DNA of 32,000 nucleotides from Flavobacteriaceae bacterium (GCA_965224465.1 OZ245049.1:4050001-4082000), one strand, 5' to 3'; numbered from the stretch's first letter, positions 1-9,731 are shown. Notes: generated by a model not told the origin, from the sequence alone. Translations and numbers: made by a program.

Positions 1-930
1 AAGATATCTGGTGTTATAGATATTGTACAGGTAAAATGTAAAGGAGGAACTACAGGAAGTTTGGATCTAAGTATTACAGGAGGAACAGGAACATATACTT
101 ATGTATGGTCTTCTAGCAATGTAGATTTGACATCTTATACAATAACCGACCAAGATTTAATAGGTGTTCCAGCAGGTTCGTATAAAGTAACCATTAAGGA
201 TGGTAACAATTGTGAAAAAGAAGTCACAGCAGAAATTACTGAACCTGAGACTAGTGTTGAAATCTCAAATGTAGAAACGGTTAAGGAATCGTGTTCAAAT
301 TGTGAAGATGGAAAAATAATTGTGACTGCAACAGGAGGGACAGGGTCTTATGTGTATAGTATTGATAATGGGGTGACTAGACAAGAAGAAAATATATTTA
401 CAGCATTGTCTCCAGGGAAGTATAAAGTTACAGTATATGATGCAAATGGATGTTTCGCGAGTGAAGAAGATGTTGAAATTATAGAGGATTTGGCACCAGA
501 TTACAAGCCTGTAATTTATGCAAATAATGTAATTATAAAAGAAAATGGTGCTGTTGATTTAGCGATACTAGTGATTGAGTTATTGGGGAATGATTCCAAT
601 GGTACTACAGATGTAGAATTAATCATTAATAAAGGAGCTAGTTACTCTTTAGGAATGGATCCGAATCTAAGCCATTTGAATGGAAAAACACTGGATAATT
701 CTAATTGGAGATTGGATGATTCACATCCGTCTTTATACAGATTTATTTACACAGGAAATAACGGTATATATAATGGGAACTTGGCTAGTTTTATTGGGGT
801 TTCATTGACTGTTACTGCTCCAAATCAATCGGGTGATCTACCGATAGGAGTTACGGTAAGATTTGGTTCGGGAGGAGAAATAAGGACGGACAATAATACA
901 GATTCAGAAAATATTAAATACACGAAATAA
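1..930 (+). CDS. C-terminal part of a large SprB-repeat cell-surface protein (5-prime end lies upstream of the window)
   Basis: Frame 1 is open from nt 1, with no stop before the TTG at 61 listed in the ORF track. Stop TAA at 928-930. Two Cys-bounded modules carry the SprB-repeat signature (KCKGGTTGSLDLSITGGTGTYTYVW...GSYKVTIKDGNNC and CSNCEDGKIIVTATGGTGSYVYSI...GKYKVTVYDANGC). The last ~150 aa form a beta-rich tail ending ...SENIKYTK, with no recognisable T9SS type A or type B sorting domain. Confidence 0.75.
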   Translation, partial: KISGVIDIVQVKCKGGTTGSLDLSITGGTGTYTYVWSSSNVDLTSYTITDQDLIGVPAGSYKVTIKDGNNCEKEVTAEITEPETSVEISNVETVKESCSNCEDGKIIVTATGGTGSYVYSIDNGVTRQEENIFTALSPGKYKVTVYDANGCFASEEDVEIIEDLAPDYKPVIYANNVIIKENGAVDLAILVIELLGNDSNGTTDVELIINKGASYSLGMDPNLSHLNGKTLDNSNWRLDDSHPSLYRFIYTGNNGIYNGNLASFIGVSLTVTAPNQSGDLPIGVTVRFGSGGEIRTDNNTDSENIKYTK

Positions 931-937
931 TTTTATT

Positions 938-3900
938 ATGAAAAAGAATATCATTTTATTGATTTTTGGAATATGCTTAAGCGCAATATCTGGGTTTGCT
1001 CAGGATGCAGTTATTCAGATTTCTGACGGATCATTATCTCCAGATCCTTTGGCTACGGTTGAAGAAGGAGGGACGGGGGTAATTAAGTTTAGTTGGGTTG
1101 AAACAGGAGGGTATAAACCAATACCTCCTAATGTAGGAACCTTGGTAAATGTAACAATGAGTCTAGAGATGCAAAATCTAGAATTGACAGATTTGGATGT
1201 TAGTAAAATTACAGGTACCGGCTTAGCGTATTTCAGACCTGTCTATTTTGATTATGGAAATTCAAAAGGAATCCTTTTTGAGCAAATTAAAGAAATTCCC
1301 CCTTTTGGGTATGGGACATTTGAAATCCCATTCACGGTTATTGGGAATTCTATAAAAGGAGAGAATGAAAATGGTTTTACTGCCAATATTCAGGCTGTTG
1401 GAAATGTTACTGCAAATGGTTATACAGGTGCATATACATATACCTTATGTAAACCTGTATTGTTGTCAGTAGGTAATATAACGTGTAATGCACAAGGATA
1501 TAATGTTGGGTTTACTACCGATGCTTCTTCTGTATCAGTAGTTGAAGGTGTTGGAACTGTGAATTTATCTGAAGGAACAATTACAGGGATTCCCTTAGGA
1601 AAAGACATCACCGTAAAAGCAACCAATGCAGGAGGCTGTAGTACTTTAATAGAAGTAAAAGGGCCTTTAACCTGCCCTGATTCTTGTGTACAACCGAATT
1701 TAATTATTGGACAACCTGTGTGTGCTCCATCAGATAGTTATAAAGTTATTTTAAGTGAGACCACAGGAGCTACTTTAAGCACAAGTGCAGGTTCTATTGT
1801 AAATAATATATTAATAGTACCTATTGCAAGTAGTCAAGTAACAATCACTGCCACCAATGGTGCTTGTGTACAATCATTAACAGTGTTCGCTCCTGTAGAT
1901 TGTAGCACAGCTTGTGCTGAACCTGGATTTTCTTTGGCAGGAATTGACTGTGCTACGGATATGAGCGGTGATTATGTAATTAATTTTACGGTTGCAGAAG
2001 GTGCTTCTGTAACTGTAAATAAAGGAATAGTAGATCTTGCCGCAGGAACCATTACCGTTCCAAGTTTGGATGGAGCTGTTGAGATTACAGCGAAGTCTTC
2101 AGCTTCTTGTGATCCTCATGTTTTAACGATTGATGCGCCAGATTGTGTCGCTGATATTGATATTAAAAAGTCAAGCGATCAAACATCATATACACCAGGG
2201 CAAACAGCAACATATACTATTGTTGTAACTAATAAAGGACCTCTGGATGCTACAAATATTAAAGTAACAGACCCTTTGCCTGCTGGAATAACAGAAATGA
2301 CTTGGACTAGTCCAACCTCTTCTGGAACTGGAGCTTTAAATGAAAATTTATCATTGACTTCTGGTGAGTCAGCTAGTTACACAGTTGTATTGACAGTTCC
2401 TTTTGATTTTAGAGGAGACTTAACGAACGTTGCCAATGCAGTAGATCCTGATAAACCTGATCCTGTACCTTGTACGGACTGTAAAGAAACATTACCAATT
2501 GGAGGTATAGCAGATATTACGACATTGAAAACGGATAGTAGTGATACATTTACTTTAGGGGAATCTATAACCTATACAATTACCGTGTCTAATAGTGGAC
2601 CAGTAGCTTCTGATAATGTGTCTGTAAAAGATACAGCACCAACAGGAACTACAATAAGTTCTTGGTCAGGGAACGGGAATAGTGGAACAGGGAATTTGGA
2701 TGATATAATTACGAGCTTGGCAGTTGATCAGACGGTTACTTACACTGTTGTAGTAGCTGTTCCATCTGATTATTCTGGAGAAACTCTTAGTAATGTTGTA
2801 ACGATTGTTACGCCATCTACTGTAGATCCAACACCAAGTTGTACCGGATGTACAGATACGAATACTAAAGATACTGACGGAGACGGAATTCCAGACAGCG
2901 TAGATTTAGACGATGATAACGATGGTATTTTAGATACCGTAGAAATCGCAACATCCACCAATGGAGGAGATACTGATGGCGATGGGATACCAGATCATTT
3001 AGACTTAGATTCAGACAATGATGGAATCCTAGATGTTGAAGAATCAGGAAATCAATCACAAGACGTTGATAACAATGGTCGTGTAGACGGTCCTTTTGGA
3101 GACAATGGATTTGACGATGATTTAGAAACAGCAACTGATAGTGGAGAAGCTAAAAACAAGCCAACAGATACTGACGGAGATGGAACACCAGATTTCCAAG
3201 ATGTAGATTCAGACAATGATGGGATTAGTGACCTTGTAGAAGGAGGAACAGATCCAGCATTGGATGCGGATAATGACGGAAGAATAGACGCAACAACAGA
3301 TACAGATAACGATGGAATCATAGACACAGTAGACCCTACAATTTCGGGGAGTACAGTGGCTACCACACCAGACACAGATAAGGATGGTGTTCCAGATTAC
3401 CAAGATTTAGATTCAGATAACGATGGTATCAATGATGTAGTTGAAGGAGGTTTACCAGATGAAGATGGAGACGGGCAAGTAGATGAAGAAGGTAAGTTAA
3501 CAGACAATGCTAATTTACCAGACACAGATAACAACGGTACACCAGATGTATTAGAACCAAACAATCCAGACTTAACGGACGAACAAGATCCTGATGGCAA
3601 TGGTACTGTAGAGGGAACGGATACAGATGGCGATGGGATACCAGATTTAATAGATGGTGATAAGGATCATTTTGGAGATGCTAAAGATACTGACGGAGAC
3701 GGAATTCCAGACAGCGTAGATTTAGACGATGATAACGATGGTATTTTAGATACCGTAGAAATCGCAACATCCACCAATGGAGGAGATACTGATGGCGATG
3801 GGATACCAGATCATTTAGACTTAGATTCAGACAATGATGGAATCCTAGATGTTGAAGAATCAGGAAATCAATCACAAGACGTTGATAACAATGGTCGTGT

Positions 3901-6900
3901 AGACGGTCCTTTTGGAGACAATGGATTTGACGATGATTTAGAAACAGCAACTGATAGTGGAGAAGCTAAAAACAAGCCAACAGATACTGACGGAGATGGA
4001 ACACCAGATTTCCAAGATGTAGATTCAGACAATGATGGGATTAGTGACCTTGTAGAAGGAGGAACAGATCCAGCATTGGATGCGGATAATGACGGAAGAA
4101 TAGACGCAACAACAGATACAGATAACGATGGAATCATAGACACAGTAGACCCTACAATTTCGGGGAGTACAGTGGCAACCACACCAGACACAGATAAGGA
4201 TGGTGTTCCAGATTACCAAGATTTAGATTCAGATAACGATGGTATCAATGATGTAGTTGAAGGAGGTTTACCAGATGAAGATGGAGACGGACAAGTAGAT
4301 GAAGAAGGTAAGTTAACAGACAATGCTAATTTACCAGATGAAGACGGGGATGGCATTGCAGATTTTAGAGAACCAAACAATCCAGACTTAACGGACGAAC
4401 AAGATCCTGATGGCAATGGCGTTGTAGAGGGAACGGATACAGATGGCGATGGGATACCAGATTTAATAGATGGTGATAAAGATAATTTTGGAGATGCTAA
4501 AGATACTGACGGAGACGGAATTCCAGACAGCGTAGATTTAGATGATGATAACGATGGTATTTTAGATACCGTAGAAATCGCAACATCCACCAATGGAGGA
4601 GATACTGATGGCGATGGGATACCAGATCATTTAGATTTAGATTCAGACAATGATGGAATATTAGATGTTGAAGAATCAGGAAATCAATCACAAGACGTTG
4701 ATAACAATGGTCGTGTAGACGGTCCTTTTGGAGACAATGGATTTGATGATGATTTAGAAACAACAACCGATAGTGGAGAGGCTAAAAACAAGCCAACAGA
4801 TACTGACGGAGATGGAACACCAGACTTCCAAGATGTAGATTCAGACAATGATGGGATTAGTGACCTTGTAGAAGGAGGAACAGATCCAGCATTGGATGCG
4901 GATAATGACGGAAGAATAGACGCAACAACAGATACAGATAACGATGGAATCATAGACACAGTAGACCCTACAATTTCGGGGAGTACAGTGGCTACCACAC
5001 CAGACACAGATAAGGATGGTGTTCCAGATTACCAAGATTTAGATTCAGATAACGATGGTATCAATGATGTAGTTGAAGGAGGTTTACCAGATGAAGATGG
5101 AGACGGGCAAGTAGATGAAGAAGGTAAGTTAACAGACAATGCTAATTTACCAGACACAGATAACAACGGTACACCAGATGTATTAGAACCAAACAATCCA
5201 GACTTAACGGACGAACAAGATCCTGATGGCAATGGTACTGTAGAGGGAACGGATACAGATGGCGATGGGATACCAGATTTAATAGATGGTGATAAGGATC
5301 ATTTTGGAGATGCTAAAGATACTGACGGAGACGGAATTCCAGACAGCGTAGATTTAGACGATGATAACGATGGTATTTTAGATACCGTAGAAATCGCAAC
5401 ATCCACCAATGGAGGAGATACTGATGGCGATGGGATACCAGATCATTTAGACTTAGATTCAGACAATGATGGAATCCTAGATGTTGAAGAATCAGGAAAT
5501 CAATCACAAGACGTTGATAACAATGGTCGTGTAGACGGTCCTTTTGGAGACAATGGATTTGACGATGATTTAGAAACAGCAACTGATAGTGGAGAAGCTA
5601 AAAACAAGCCAACAGATACTGACGGAGATGGAACACCAGATTTCCAAGATGTAGATTCAGACAATGATGGGATTAGTGACCTTGTAGAAGGAGGAACAGA
5701 TCCAGCATTGGATGCGGATAATGACGGAAGAATAGACGCAACAACAGATACAGATAACGATGGAATCATAGACACAGTAGACCCTACAATTTCGGGGAGT
5801 ACAGTGGCTACCACACCAGACACAGATAAGGATGGTGTTCCAGATTACCAAGATTTAGATTCAGATAATGATGGTATCAATGATGTAGTTGAAGGAGGTT
5901 TATCAGATGAAGATGGAGACGGGCAAGTAGATGAAGAAGGTAAGTTAACAGACAATGCTAATTTACCAGACACAGATAACAACGGTACACCAGATGTATT
6001 AGAACCAAACAATCCAGACTTAACGGACGAACAAGATCCTGATGGCAATGGCGTTGTAGACGGAACGGATACAGATGGCGATGGGATACCAGATTTAATA
6101 GATGGTGATAAAGATAATTTTGGAGATGCTAAAGATACTGACGGAGACGGAATTCCAGACAGTGTTGATTTAGACGATGATAATGATGGTATTTTAGATA
6201 CCGTTGAAATCGCAACATCCACCAATGGAGGAGATACTGATGGCGATGGGATACCAGATCATTTAGACTTAGATTCAGACAATGATGGAATCCTAGATGT
6301 TGAAGAATCAGGAAATCAATCACAAGACGTTGATAACAATGGTCGTGTAGACGGTCCTTTTGGAGACAATGGATTTGACGATGATTTAGAAACAGCAACC
6401 GATAGTGGAGAAGCTAAAAACAAGCCAACAGATACTGACGGAGATGGAACACCAGACTTCCAAGATGTAGATTCAGACAATGATGGGATTAGTGACCTTG
6501 TAGAAGGAGGAACAGATCCTGCATTGGATGCGGATAATGACGGAAGAATAGACGCAACAACAGATACAGATAACGATGGAATCATAGACACAGTAGACCC
6601 TACAATTTCGGGAAGTACAGTGGCTACCACACCAGACACAGATAAGGACGGTGTTCCAGATTACCAAGATTTAGATTCAGATAATGATGGTATCAATGAT
6701 GTAGTTGAAGGAGGTTTACCAGATGAAGATGGAGATGGGCAAGTAGATGAAGAAGGTACGTTGACAGACAATGCTAATTTACCAGACACAGATAACAACG
6801 GTACACCAGATGTATTAGAACCAAACAATCCAGACTTAACGGACGAACAAGATCCTGATGGCAATGGCGTTGTAGACGGAACGGATACAGATGGCGATGG

Positions 6901-9721
6901 GATACCAGATTTAATAGATGGTGATAAAGATAATTTTGGAGATGCTAAAGATACTGACGGAGACGGAATTCCAGACAGCGTAGATTTAGATGATGATAAC
7001 GATGGTATTTTAGATACCGTAGAAATCGCAACATCCACCAATGGAGGAGATACTGATGGCGATGGGATACCAGATCATTTAGATTTAGATTCAGACAATG
7101 ATGGGGTATTAGATGTTGAAGAATCAGGAAATCAATCACAAGACGTTGATAACGATGGTCGTGTAGACGGTCCTTTTGGAGACAATGGATTTGACGATGA
7201 TTTAGAAACAGCAACTGATAGTGGAGAAGCTAAAAACAAGCCAACAGATACTGACGGAGATGGAACACCAGACTTCCAAGATGTAGATTCAGACAATGAT
7301 GGGATTAGTGACCTTGTAGAAGGAGGAACAGATCCAGCATTGGATGCAGATAATGACGGAAGAATAGACGCAACAACAGATACAGATAACGATGGAATCA
7401 TAGACACAGTAGACCCTACAATTTCGGGGAGTACAGTGGCAACCACACCAGACACAGATAAGGATGGTGTTCCAGATTACCAAGATTTAGATTCAGATAA
7501 CGATGGTATCAATGATGTAGTTGAAGGAGGTTTACCAGACGAAGATGGAGACGGACAAGTAGATGAAGAAGGTACATTGACAGACAACACTAATTTACCT
7601 GATGAAGACGGTGATGGCATTGCAGATTATATTGAACCAAACAATCCAGACTTAACGGATGAGCAAGATCCTGATGGTGATGGTATTGTAGAGGGAACGG
7701 ATACAGATGGCGATGGGATACCAGATTTAATAGATGGAGATGTACATAATTTTGGAGACGGTAAAGATACTGACGGTGATGGATCACCAGACAGCGTAGA
7801 TTTAGATGATGATAACGATGGTATTTTAGATACCGTAGAAATCGCAACATCCACCAATGGAGGAGATACTGATGGCGATGGGATACCAGATCATTTAGAT
7901 TTAGATTCAGACAATGATGGAATATTAGATGTTGAAGAATCAGGAAATCAATCACAAGACGTTGATAACGATGGTCGTGTAGACGGTCCTTTTGGAGACA
8001 ATGGATTTGATGATGATTTAGAAACAACAACCGATAGTGGAGAGGCTAAAAACAAGCCAACAGATACTGACGGAGATGGAACACCAGACTTCCAAGATGT
8101 AGATTCAGACAATGATGGGATTAGTGACCTTGTAGAAGGAGGAACAGATCCAGCATTGGATGCAGATAATGACGGAAGAATAGACGCAACAACAGATACA
8201 GATAACGATGGAATCATAGATGCAGTAGACCCTACAATTTCGGGAAGTACAGTGGCAACCACACCAGACACAGATAAGGATGGTGTTCCAGATTACCAAG
8301 ATTTAGATTCAGATAACGATGGTATCAATGATGTAGTTGAAGGAGGTTTACCAGACGAAGATGGAGACGGACAAGTAGATGAAGAAGGTACATTGACAGA
8401 CAATACTAATTTACCTGATGAAGACGGTGATGGCATTGCAGATTATATTGAACCAAACAATCCAGACTTAACGGATGAGCAAGATCCTGATGGTGATGGT
8501 ATTGTAGAGGGAACGGATACAGATGGCGATGGGATACCAGATTTAATAGATGGAGATGTACATAATTTTGGAGACGGTAAAGATACTGACGGTGATGGAT
8601 CACCAGACAGCGTAGATTTAGATGATGATAACGATGGTATTTTAGATACCGTAGAAATCGCAACATCCACCAATGGAGGAGATACTGATGGCGATGGGAT
8701 ACCAGATCATTTAGACTTAGATTCAGACAATGATGGGATATTAGATATAGAGGAATCTAGCAATGGAGGAGAAGATACGGATGGAGACGGACGTGTAGAT
8801 GGTCCTTATGGATCGAACGGGTTTGCAGATGCATTAGAAAGTTCTCCAGATAGTGGAGTTGCCAAGGACGAACCAGTAGATACTGACGGAGATGATATAC
8901 CAGACTTCCAAGATGTAGATTCAGACAATGATGGAATTTCAGATTTAGTAGAAGGAGGGAGTGATCCCGCTTTAGATACTAATAATGACGGAATGATAGA
9001 CTCTAAAATTGATACAGATAAAGACGGAATCATAGATGCTGTGGATCCAACAATTACAGGGAGTACAGTAGCAACTACACCAGACACAGATGGAGAAGGT
9101 GTGGATGATTATAGAGATTTGGATTCAGACAATGATGGCTTAAATGATATTGATGAAACAAACTTAAAAGATCAAGATGGAGATGGTCAGGTAGATGCTC
9201 AAGGTGATTTAGCAGATAATTCAAATTTACCAGATGAAGACGGAGATGGTATTCCAGATTATTTAGAGCCAAACAATCCGGATTTGACATCTATTTTAGA
9301 TGCTGATGGAGATGGAGTTGTGGATGGAGAAGATTCAGATGGTGATGGAATTATTGATGATGTAGATAATTTACCAGGAGAGTTTGGAGATGGCCCAACC
9401 GATGTGGCTGGAGCTACGACCATTGTGAATTCATTTACGCCAAATGATGATGGGAAGAACGATACGTTTGTGATCACTAATTTACAGAGTATTGCACCTA
9501 ATTTTTCTATGGAAATTAGAAATAGGTATGGAAATAGTGTTTACGAATATCAGCATGGAGGCGATAAAGATAAGGAGCCAAGATGGTGGGATGGTTATTC
9601 AAGTGGACGAATGACATTACAAAGTTCAAAAAAATTACCAGTTGGAACGTATTTCTATGTGTTAAAATACAACGACGGGAAAACGGAAGCTGTAACAGGA
9701 TGGATTTACTTAAATAGATAA
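938..9721 (+). CDS. Giant (2,927 aa) T9SS-secreted, Asp-rich adhesin-like protein: signal peptide, four-Cys modules, two DUF11-like domains, 8 x 272-aa thrombospondin-type-3-like repeat units, T9SS type B C-terminal domain
   Basis: ATG at 938, 7 nt after the upstream stop. N-terminal signal peptide MKKNIILLIFGICLSAISGFAQD. One uninterrupted 8.8-kb ORF. DxDxDGxxD calcium-loop motifs recur throughout aa 644-2819. The C-terminus matches the gliding-motility-associated / T9SS type B CTD signature (FTPNDDGKNDTF...IRNRYGNSVYE...WDG...GTYFYVLKY...GWIYLNR). Confidence 0.9.
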   Translation: MKKNIILLIFGICLSAISGFAQDAVIQISDGSLSPDPLATVEEGGTGVIKFSWVETGGYKPIPPNVGTLVNVTMSLEMQNLELTDLDVSKITGTGLAYFRPVYFDYGNSKGILFEQIKEIPPFGYGTFEIPFTVIGNSIKGENENGFTANIQAVGNVTANGYTGAYTYTLCKPVLLSVGNITCNAQGYNVGFTTDASSVSVVEGVGTVNLSEGTITGIPLGKDITVKATNAGGCSTLIEVKGPLTCPDSCVQPNLIIGQPVCAPSDSYKVILSETTGATLSTSAGSIVNNILIVPIASSQVTITATNGACVQSLTVFAPVDCSTACAEPGFSLAGIDCATDMSGDYVINFTVAEGASVTVNKGIVDLAAGTITVPSLDGAVEITAKSSASCDPHVLTIDAPDCVADIDIKKSSDQTSYTPGQTATYTIVVTNKGPLDATNIKVTDPLPAGITEMTWTSPTSSGTGALNENLSLTSGESASYTVVLTVPFDFRGDLTNVANAVDPDKPDPVPCTDCKETLPIGGIADITTLKTDSSDTFTLGESITYTITVSNSGPVASDNVSVKDTAPTGTTISSWSGNGNSGTGNLDDIITSLAVDQTVTYTVVVAVPSDYSGETLSNVVTIVTPSTVDPTPSCTGCTDTNTKDTDGDGIPDSVDLDDDNDGILDTVEIATSTNGGDTDGDGIPDHLDLDSDNDGILDVEESGNQSQDVDNNGRVDGPFGDNGFDDDLETATDSGEAKNKPTDTDGDGTPDFQDVDSDNDGISDLVEGGTDPALDADNDGRIDATTDTDNDGIIDTVDPTISGSTVATTPDTDKDGVPDYQDLDSDNDGINDVVEGGLPDEDGDGQVDEEGKLTDNANLPDTDNNGTPDVLEPNNPDLTDEQDPDGNGTVEGTDTDGDGIPDLIDGDKDHFGDAKDTDGDGIPDSVDLDDDNDGILDTVEIATSTNGGDTDGDGIPDHLDLDSDNDGILDVEESGNQSQDVDNNGRVDGPFGDNGFDDDLETATDSGEAKNKPTDTDGDGTPDFQDVDSDNDGISDLVEGGTDPALDADNDGRIDATTDTDNDGIIDTVDPTISGSTVATTPDTDKDGVPDYQDLDSDNDGINDVVEGGLPDEDGDGQVDEEGKLTDNANLPDEDGDGIADFREPNNPDLTDEQDPDGNGVVEGTDTDGDGIPDLIDGDKDNFGDAKDTDGDGIPDSVDLDDDNDGILDTVEIATSTNGGDTDGDGIPDHLDLDSDNDGILDVEESGNQSQDVDNNGRVDGPFGDNGFDDDLETTTDSGEAKNKPTDTDGDGTPDFQDVDSDNDGISDLVEGGTDPALDADNDGRIDATTDTDNDGIIDTVDPTISGSTVATTPDTDKDGVPDYQDLDSDNDGINDVVEGGLPDEDGDGQVDEEGKLTDNANLPDTDNNGTPDVLEPNNPDLTDEQDPDGNGTVEGTDTDGDGIPDLIDGDKDHFGDAKDTDGDGIPDSVDLDDDNDGILDTVEIATSTNGGDTDGDGIPDHLDLDSDNDGILDVEESGNQSQDVDNNGRVDGPFGDNGFDDDLETATDSGEAKNKPTDTDGDGTPDFQDVDSDNDGISDLVEGGTDPALDADNDGRIDATTDTDNDGIIDTVDPTISGSTVATTPDTDKDGVPDYQDLDSDNDGINDVVEGGLSDEDGDGQVDEEGKLTDNANLPDTDNNGTPDVLEPNNPDLTDEQDPDGNGVVDGTDTDGDGIPDLIDGDKDNFGDAKDTDGDGIPDSVDLDDDNDGILDTVEIATSTNGGDTDGDGIPDHLDLDSDNDGILDVEESGNQSQDVDNNGRVDGPFGDNGFDDDLETATDSGEAKNKPTDTDGDGTPDFQDVDSDNDGISDLVEGGTDPALDADNDGRIDATTDTDNDGIIDTVDPTISGSTVATTPDTDKDGVPDYQDLDSDNDGINDVVEGGLPDEDGDGQVDEEGTLTDNANLPDTDNNGTPDVLEPNNPDLTDEQDPDGNGVVDGTDTDGDGIPDLIDGDKDNFGDAKDTDGDGIPDSVDLDDDNDGILDTVEIATSTNGGDTDGDGIPDHLDLDSDNDGVLDVEESGNQSQDVDNDGRVDGPFGDNGFDDDLETATDSGEAKNKPTDTDGDGTPDFQDVDSDNDGISDLVEGGTDPALDADNDGRIDATTDTDNDGIIDTVDPTISGSTVATTPDTDKDGVPDYQDLDSDNDGINDVVEGGLPDEDGDGQVDEEGTLTDNTNLPDEDGDGIADYIEPNNPDLTDEQDPDGDGIVEGTDTDGDGIPDLIDGDVHNFGDGKDTDGDGSPDSVDLDDDNDGILDTVEIATSTNGGDTDGDGIPDHLDLDSDNDGILDVEESGNQSQDVDNDGRVDGPFGDNGFDDDLETTTDSGEAKNKPTDTDGDGTPDFQDVDSDNDGISDLVEGGTDPALDADNDGRIDATTDTDNDGIIDAVDPTISGSTVATTPDTDKDGVPDYQDLDSDNDGINDVVEGGLPDEDGDGQVDEEGTLTDNTNLPDEDGDGIADYIEPNNPDLTDEQDPDGDGIVEGTDTDGDGIPDLIDGDVHNFGDGKDTDGDGSPDSVDLDDDNDGILDTVEIATSTNGGDTDGDGIPDHLDLDSDNDGILDIEESSNGGEDTDGDGRVDGPYGSNGFADALESSPDSGVAKDEPVDTDGDDIPDFQDVDSDNDGISDLVEGGSDPALDTNNDGMIDSKIDTDKDGIIDAVDPTITGSTVATTPDTDGEGVDDYRDLDSDNDGLNDIDETNLKDQDGDGQVDAQGDLADNSNLPDEDGDGIPDYLEPNNPDLTSILDADGDGVVDGEDSDGDGIIDDVDNLPGEFGDGPTDVAGATTIVNSFTPNDDGKNDTFVITNLQSIAPNFSMEIRNRYGNSVYEYQHGGDKDKEPRWWDGYSSGRMTLQSSKKLPVGTYFYVLKYNDGKTEAVTGWIYLNR
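1448..2146 (+). other. Three tandem four-cysteine modules (~76-78 aa each) in the head region of the giant protein
   Basis: Cys residues at aa 171/183/234/246, 250/262/310/322 and 326/338/391/403. This is C-x11-C-x47..52-C-x11-C three times, with 3-residue linkers. Each module also shares a G-x-I-T / ITV-x-A core. Confidence 0.7.
2150..2866 (+). other. Two DUF11-like (conserved repeat domain) Ig-like modules
   Basis: TYTIVVTNKGPLDATNIKVTDPLPAGIT and TYTITVSNSGPVASDNVSVKDTAPTGTT are the typical DUF11 core. Each module ends in a P-x-P-x-C-T-x-C motif (PDPVPCTDC, PTPSCTGC). Confidence 0.6.
2867..9394 (+). repeat. In-frame tandem array, 8 units x 816 bp (272 codons)
   Basis: The string aaagatactgacgg recurs at 2867, 3683, 4499, 5315, 6131, 6947, 7763 and 8579. 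Antisense shadow ORFs in the supplied track recur at exactly +816 (2865, 3681, 4497, 5313, 6129, 6945). Units 1-7 differ by scattered substitutions. Unit 8 diverges from about nt 8745. Confidence 0.95.
9422..9718 (+). other. Region encoding the T9SS type B (gliding-motility-associated) C-terminal sorting domain
   Basis: IVNSFTPNDDGKNDTFVITN...MEIRNRYGNSVYEY...RWWDGYSSG...LPVGTYFYVLKYNDGKTEAVTGWIYLNR, at the extreme C-terminus and immediately upstream of a PorP/SprF gene. Confidence 0.85.
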
Positions 9722-9731
9722 TATGTAATTA

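Noticed and set aside
1420-1626. 68-aa minus-strand ORF
   Set aside because: It lies entirely inside the head region of the giant + strand gene and has no motif or start context of its own.
2867-9394. Possibility that the regular repeats are a CRISPR array or satellite
   Set aside because: The units are 816 bp, directly abutting with no spacers, in frame, and encode recognisable protein motifs. No cas genes are present in the window.
2770-9477. About 40 minus-strand ORFs (63-146 aa), many recurring at 816-bp intervals
   Set aside because: They are antisense shadows of the GAT/GAC/GGA-rich repeat codons (ATC, GTC and TCC on the opposite strand contain no stops). Their products are low-complexity Ser/Pro/Leu or His/Leu/Cys strings, and all lie inside one uninterrupted 8.8-kb + strand ORF with clear domain logic.
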